A stretch of DNA of 64,000 bases from Phycisphaerales bacterium. Its GTDB lineage: Bacteria; Planctomycetota; Phycisphaerae; Phycisphaerales; UBA1924. Below, in pieces: positions 59,574 through 64,000 of this stretch. The first letter of the stretch is position 1. Each line of letters opens with the position of its first letter. A program made the translations under genes and the position numbers. The notes beneath the pieces are model-generated. The model had not been told where the DNA came from. It worked only from the letters and a program-made list of their open reading frames with translations, and did no database searches. The stretch is from the NCBI GenBank assembly GCA_965227605.1, contig OZ245745.1, forward strand, positions 945,694 to 1,009,693, in the 5' to 3' direction.

Positions 59574-60812
59574 ATGCAGCAGCGGGTGGTCATCGTGGGC
59601 GCGGGGATGATCGGGGCGGCGGTCGCGTTCGAGCTGTCGCGCCGCGGCGTCGGCGTGATCGTGCTTGACGCGAACGAGCCGGCGCGGGGGTGCTCGTTCG
59701 GGAACTCCGGCCTGATCGCGCCGGGGCATGCGCCGATGGCGGCGCCGGGGGTGTGCGAGCGGTATCTCGCGGAGCGCGACAACCCGGCTTCCGCGGGGCG
59801 GTTCGCGCCGATCGACGACCCGGCGCTCGAGCGCTGGATCGGAGCGTTCCGTGCGGCGTGCTCGCCCGGGGTGTACGCGCGGGGGATGGACGCGCTGAGC
59901 GGATTGGCTCACTTGGTGATGCCGGTGTTTCGTGAGTGGACGGAAGAACTCGGCAACAGCTACGACTTGCGCGAGAACGGGGCGCTCCTTGTCGCGTGCT
60001 CCGGAGCGACGTTTGATGCGCTCCGCGCCGAAGCCGACGAGTTGCGCGCTCGCGGCCTCCCTGCGGAGATTCTCAACGCTGACGAAACCCACGAGCGCGT
60101 GCCGGGGTTGACCGACGCTGTGCTCGGCGGTTTGTTCCACTCCGACTGGGCGACGATCGAGCCCTACCGCTTCGCGACGGCGGTGATGCGGGCAGCGCAG
60201 GAGCGCGGCGCCGAGGTCCGCAACAGCGCTCGCGTGGCGCGTGTCGATGAGGGCTTTGTTGAACTCGATTCCGGCGAGCGCGTCGAGGGCGACGCGGTGG
60301 TGATCGCGACCGGCGCCGACGCGCGTGAGCTGCTGGCGCCGTTGGGGGTCGATCTGCCGATGGCGTCGGCTCTCGGCTGGCATGCTGATCTGCGCTTGAA
60401 AAACGCAGTCGAGGCGGGTGTGGTGATCGCCGACCGTGAGGTGATCCTGACGCCGATGGAGGATCGTCTGCGTCTTTCCGGCTTGCTTGAGATCACGATG
60501 CGACCGAAGCGCGACGTGAATCGCGGGCGCATCGAGCAGCTTCTGCATGGGCCCGAGGGTGTGCTGCGTGGCATCACCGGCGAGGTCGTCAGCGAGTGGG
60601 TCGGGCGACGCCCGTGCCTGCCTGACGGGCTGCCCGCCATCGGCCTGGTTCCCGGACGCAAAAACGTCTACACCGCCACCGGCCATGCGCGCATGGGCCT
60701 GTCGCTCGGCCCGGCCACGGGGCGGCTGCTGGCGGAGATGATCTGCGGTGAAACGCCGAGTGCTCCGGTTGAGGCGTTCACACCGGCGCGGTTCGCGGCG
60801 CAGCGGGTGTAA
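59574..60812 (+). CDS. FAD-dependent oxidoreductase (D-amino-acid dehydrogenase DadA-like)
   Basis: N-terminal dinucleotide fold VVIVGAGMIGAAVAFEL. DAO-family length (412 aa) and C-terminal G-x-G-H motif region. Confidence 0.75.
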   Translation: MQQRVVIVGAGMIGAAVAFELSRRGVGVIVLDANEPARGCSFGNSGLIAPGHAPMAAPGVCERYLAERDNPASAGRFAPIDDPALERWIGAFRAACSPGVYARGMDALSGLAHLVMPVFREWTEELGNSYDLRENGALLVACSGATFDALRAEADELRARGLPAEILNADETHERVPGLTDAVLGGLFHSDWATIEPYRFATAVMRAAQERGAEVRNSARVARVDEGFVELDSGERVEGDAVVIATGADARELLAPLGVDLPMASALGWHADLRLKNAVEAGVVIADREVILTPMEDRLRLSGLLEITMRPKRDVNRGRIEQLLHGPEGVLRGITGEVVSEWVGRRPCLPDGLPAIGLVPGRKNVYTATGHARMGLSLGPATGRLLAEMICGETPSAPVEAFTPARFAAQRV

Positions 60813-60818
60813 GCGGAT

Positions 60819-61520
60819 TTACACGACCACCATCACTTCGCTCAGCGGTTTACGCTCTAGGGCTTTTCTGGGCACCTGGCACTCGTCCGCGGGGTAGCCG
60901 ACGGGGACGAGGAGGAAGGGGCGTTCGTTGGCGGGGCGGCCCAGGACCTCCTTGAGGAAGCCCATGGGGCTCGGGGTGTGGGTGAGGCTGGCGAGGCCGG
61001 CGTGGTGGATGGCGCTCAGCAGCATTCCCGCGGCGAGACCCACCGACTCGGTGTTGTAGTAGACCTGCGAGCCGTCGTCGCACTTGGCGAGCTTGAAGAC
61101 GACGATGAGCCACGGGGCGATTTCGAGGAACTCCTTGGTGGGGTCGGTGCCGAGGGGGGCGAGGTCGCGGAGCCATTCTTCGCTGGCGCGGCGTTCGTAG
61201 AACTCGCGTTCCTCTTCTTCGGCGGCGTGGCGGATCTTGCGTTTGACCTCGGCGTCCTGCACGCAGACGAAGCGCCAGGGCTGCTTGTTGGCGCCGGAGG
61301 GGGCGGTGGTGGCGGCGCGGACGATCCACTCGATGGTTTCGCGGGAGACGGGGCGGTCGGCGTACTCCCGGATGGTGCGCCGGCGGCGCATGACATCGTA
61401 GAAAGCGCGGGCGGCGAGCTCGGGCTCTTGCTCGGGCTCGTAGCGGTCGGTGAGGGGGACGTAGTCGGGCGCGGGCATGTCGAGCCCGCGCGGCATGGAG
61501 TCGTGGTTGGGATCAGCCAT
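60819..61520 (-). CDS. Nitroreductase-family protein
   Basis: RRTIREYADRPVSRETIEWIVRAATTAPSGANKQPWRFVCVQD is a typical nitroreductase FMN-binding N-terminus. Confidence 0.7.
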   Translation of the reverse strand: MADPNHDSMPRGLDMPAPDYVPLTDRYEPEQEPELAARAFYDVMRRRRTIREYADRPVSRETIEWIVRAATTAPSGANKQPWRFVCVQDAEVKRKIRHAAEEEEREFYERRASEEWLRDLAPLGTDPTKEFLEIAPWLIVVFKLAKCDDGSQVYYNTESVGLAAGMLLSAIHHAGLASLTHTPSPMGFLKEVLGRPANERPFLLVPVGYPADECQVPRKALERKPLSEVMVVV

Positions 61521-62280
61521 CGTCTTCGGTTCCATCCTCGGGCACGGGGGCGCGGGCGGCCTGCTCTGAACGCACAACAGCCTCCGCCAGATCTTTCATG
61601 GAGGTGAACATCCAATGCGGCCTGATATTCCCGGGAGTTTCGGGCGTGGCGCCCCCCGGCTTGCCCTGCCGGCGGTCGATCCAGCAGGTGGCGATGCCGA
61701 GGCCCGAGGCCGGGGCGATGTCGTGGTGCAGGCTCTGGGCGACGTGCAGGTGCTCCTGCGGTTTGGCGCCCAGTTCGGCGACGGTCTCCAGCGTGCGCCG
61801 GAACATCTTGACGTTGGGCTTGTAGGCGCCGACGTCCTCGGCGGTGACGAGGCCGTCGAGTTCGACTCCCAGGCGCGGGGCGGCGTCTGCGAAGCTCGCG
61901 CGGTCTACGTTCGAGACGACGATCAGCTTCGCGCGGGTCTGGAGCTCGGCGAGAGCCGCGGGGGTGTCGTCGAAGGCCGGCCAATCGGCGACGGAGTTTG
62001 CGAGAGCTTCGGCGTCGTCCTTTGTGGATTCCGCGTCGAGGTCATCGGCGATGCGGGCCATCACGCCGCGGAGGATGTCGCTGTAGAGGGCGCTGGGGTT
62101 GGCGGTTTCCTCGGCGCTCTCGGCGCGGGCGAAGGCGGCGAGGAGCGCGTCGTTGTTCGCATCTACTTCGGCTCGCTTGGCCCACGGGCGGAGGACGTTC
62201 AGGATGCCGGTTTCCCAGTCGATCAGGGTGCCGAAGCAGTCGAAGGTGATCGCTTTGTATTCGTGCAGCGGGCGCTTCAT
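61513..62280 (-). CDS. HAD superfamily hydrolase (haloacid dehalogenase type II-like)
   Basis: Motif I ITFDCFGTLIDWE (DxFGTL). HAD motif II/III region (VSNVD ... GAYKPN). Overlaps both neighbouring genes. Confidence 0.75.
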   Translation of the reverse strand: MKRPLHEYKAITFDCFGTLIDWETGILNVLRPWAKRAEVDANNDALLAAFARAESAEETANPSALYSDILRGVMARIADDLDAESTKDDAEALANSVADWPAFDDTPAALAELQTRAKLIVVSNVDRASFADAAPRLGVELDGLVTAEDVGAYKPNVKMFRRTLETVAELGAKPQEHLHVAQSLHHDIAPASGLGIATCWIDRRQGKPGGATPETPGNIRPHWMFTSMKDLAEAVVRSEQAARAPVPEDGTEDDG

Positions 62281-62723
62281 GCGCCATCCTCCGCGAGGGA
62301 GGTGCGCATCTTGATCTCGCCAGAGAGGGTGCGGTGCACGGGGCACTTGTCGGCGATTTCGAGCAGGCGGTTGCGCTGCTCGCTCGAAAGGTCATCGCCA
62401 AGGAGCGTCAGCTCGCACTCGATGACGTGGACGTAGCCCTCGCCGCTCTCGCAGTCTTCGCAATCCTTGGCGTGGACGCGCTCTTGTTTAAGCGCGACAG
62501 AGACGCCGTCGAGCGGCCACTCTTTGCGGTCGGCGTACATGCGGAGGGTGATCGCTTTGCAGGCGCCGAGGGAAGCGAGGAGAAGCTCGTAGGGGTTGGC
62601 GCCTTTGTCGGCGCCGCCGAGTGAGGATGGCTCGTCGGCGGTGAGGTGGTGGCGACCGCCCGCGGCGATGGCGGTGGTGTAGGGCGTCCGCCCGATAGTC
62701 GTGATGACGCTCGCGCCTTCCAT
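62277..62723 (-). CDS. OsmC/Ohr family peroxiredoxin-like protein
   Basis: GANPYELLLASLGACKAITLRMYA ... DKCPVHRTL carries the two conserved Cys of the OsmC family. Confidence 0.75.
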   Translation of the reverse strand: MEGASVITTIGRTPYTTAIAAGGRHHLTADEPSSLGGADKGANPYELLLASLGACKAITLRMYADRKEWPLDGVSVALKQERVHAKDCEDCESGEGYVHVIECELTLLGDDLSSEQRNRLLEIADKCPVHRTLSGEIKMRTSLAEDGA

Positions 62724-62852
62724 CCCGCCAGCATAACCGGACGCCGATCGGGCCCCGCGTTCGGCGCGGGGCGGTCCGGTGGTAGGCTTGCGGGGCTGGG
62801 CGCGGGAGGTCATGCAGGCGTGGGGAGCGAGGAGCCGACAAGCCGGAAGCCG

Positions 62853-63845
62853 CGGACGGGCGTGTTCTACGCGTTCCTCGGGCTGTGGTACGCGGCGTGG
62901 GCGGGGATCGTATTCGCCGGCGGGCACGTGCAGACGGCGCTGGATCACTGGCCCATCGCGGTGGCGATGGCCATCGGCTCGTACTTCGCGGGGTCGACGC
63001 CGATGGGCGGTGGGACGATCGGCTTCCCGGTGCTGGTGCTGATCCTGGGCGAGAGCGCGGCGCTGGGGCGGGACTTCAGCCTGGCGGTGCAGTCGATTGG
63101 GATGACGTCGGCGGCGGTGTTCATCCTCGCGAGCCGTCGCCCTCTGGAGCGCACGCTGCTCTTGTGGACGCTGGTGGGCGTGACGATCGCGACGCCGCTG
63201 GGGGCTGCGTTCGTCGCCGGGCGCGTTGGGGACGTGTGGATCAAGATGATCTTCGCGGTGATCTGGTGCAGTTTCGGGATTCTGCACTTCATCAAGATGC
63301 GCGAGATCGTGAGCGCCCACGGTGTGACGCGGACGACGACCGCGTTCGATCGTGAGATCGGGCTGGTGGTGGGCGTGATCGGCGGGCTGCTGGCGGCGGT
63401 GGTGGGTGTGGGCGTGGATATGGTTTTGTACGCCGTGCTGGTGCTGCTGTACCGGGCGGATCTGAAGGCAGCGATCCCGACGTCGGTGGTGGCGATGGCG
63501 TACGCGAGCGTGGTGGGTGTGGTTTCACACGGGGCGCTGGGGAGGCTGGACCCGGCGGTCTTCGGGCACTGGATCGCGGCGGCGCCGGTGGTGGCGCTGG
63601 GCGCGCCGCTGGGGGCGCTGGTGGTGCACTACCTGCCGCGGGCGCCGACGCTGGTGGTGGTGTCAGGGCTGTGCGTGTTGCAGTACGTGTGGATGCTGGC
63701 GCGGACGAAGCCGACGGGGGCGGTGCTGGTCTTCGCGGTGGTTGGCGTTGTGGTCTTCAACGCGCTGTTTCATGTGATGTACGTGCGCGGGAAGCGACTG
63801 CACGACGCGCGGGGGGAGATGGGGTTGGAGGAGCTAGCGTCCTAG
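62853..63845 (+). CDS. TauE/SafE (DUF81) family sulfite-exporter-like membrane protein
   Basis: 8 predicted TM helices. Gly-rich motifs [15 protein letters not shown] and the repeat [12 protein letters not shown] are typical of TauE/SafE. Start uncertain (GTG ~62853; the ORF extends to 62646). Confidence 0.65.
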   Translation, partial: RTGVFYAFLGLWYAAWAGIVFAGGHVQTALDHWPIAVAMAIGSYFAGSTPMGGGTIGFPVLVLILGESAALGRDFSLAVQSIGMTSAAVFILASRRPLERTLLLWTLVGVTIATPLGAAFVAGRVGDVWIKMIFAVIWCSFGILHFIKMREIVSAHGVTRTTTAFDREIGLVVGVIGGLLAAVVGVGVDMVLYAVLVLLYRADLKAAIPTSVVAMAYASVVGVVSHGALGRLDPAVFGHWIAAAPVVALGAPLGALVVHYLPRAPTLVVVSGLCVLQYVWMLARTKPTGAVLVFAVVGVVVFNALFHVMYVRGKRLHDARGEMGLEELAS

Positions 63846-64000
63846 CAGACGCGCGGCTTCGTCCACGTCTTTATCACCGCGTCCTGAGCAGTTGATAACA
63901 AGCGTTTGGTCGTCGCGCATCGTGCCGGCGATTTTGATAGCCGCGGAGACGGCGTGGGCGGTTTCGAGGGCGGGGATGATGCCTTCAAGCTCAGCGAGCG
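63834..64000 (-). CDS. trpB: Tryptophan synthase beta chain, C-terminal fragment (gene continues beyond window)
   Basis: Minus-strand translation ...[54 protein letters not shown] matches the TrpB C-terminus ([22 protein letters not shown]). Confidence 0.8.
   Translation of the reverse strand, partial: LAELEGIIPALETAHAVSAAIKIAGTMRDDQTLVINCSGRGDKDVDEAARLLGR

Overview
This is a high-GC (roughly 65-70%) bacterial chromosomal segment, densely coding on both strands and mostly housekeeping. Core genes present: dnaG (3' part)-rpoD operon, rnr, pheT, ruvB, trpE, clpS, pdxJ, folC, leuS, yicC, secG, tpiA, an orphan mraZ, proC, accA, lspA, groES/groEL and the 3' end of trpB. The rest is mainly secreted and envelope proteins: three with dockerin-like C-terminal modules, two PEP-CTERM proteins, TonB/ExbD, a flotillin, an OMP beta-barrel, ArnT/ArnC-like glycosyltransferases, plus small stress/redox operons. 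Things that stand out: (1) three compositionally foreign low-GC insertions: a solitary P-loop ATPase abutting the 3' end of ruvB, a two-gene cassette splitting groES from groEL, and an HNH-nuclease-domain gene immediately 3' of groEL; (2) a histone-H1-like/DksA-TraR fusion translationally coupled to lspA; (3) two sequence-conserved terminator hairpins; (4) a shared GC-rich palindromic intergenic repeat; (5) a ~480-nt GC-rich noncoding stretch downstream of mraZ; (6) a direct-repeat operator-like site upstream of the REC-groESL region. I saw no rRNA, tRNA or CRISPR array. Dockerin-like tails, PEP-CTERM proteins and an mraZ without dcw genes are compatible with a Planctomycetota-like genome, but that is inference only. 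All product calls come from reading the translations by eye, with no database search. Coordinates of alternative start codons are approximate to within a few nt.
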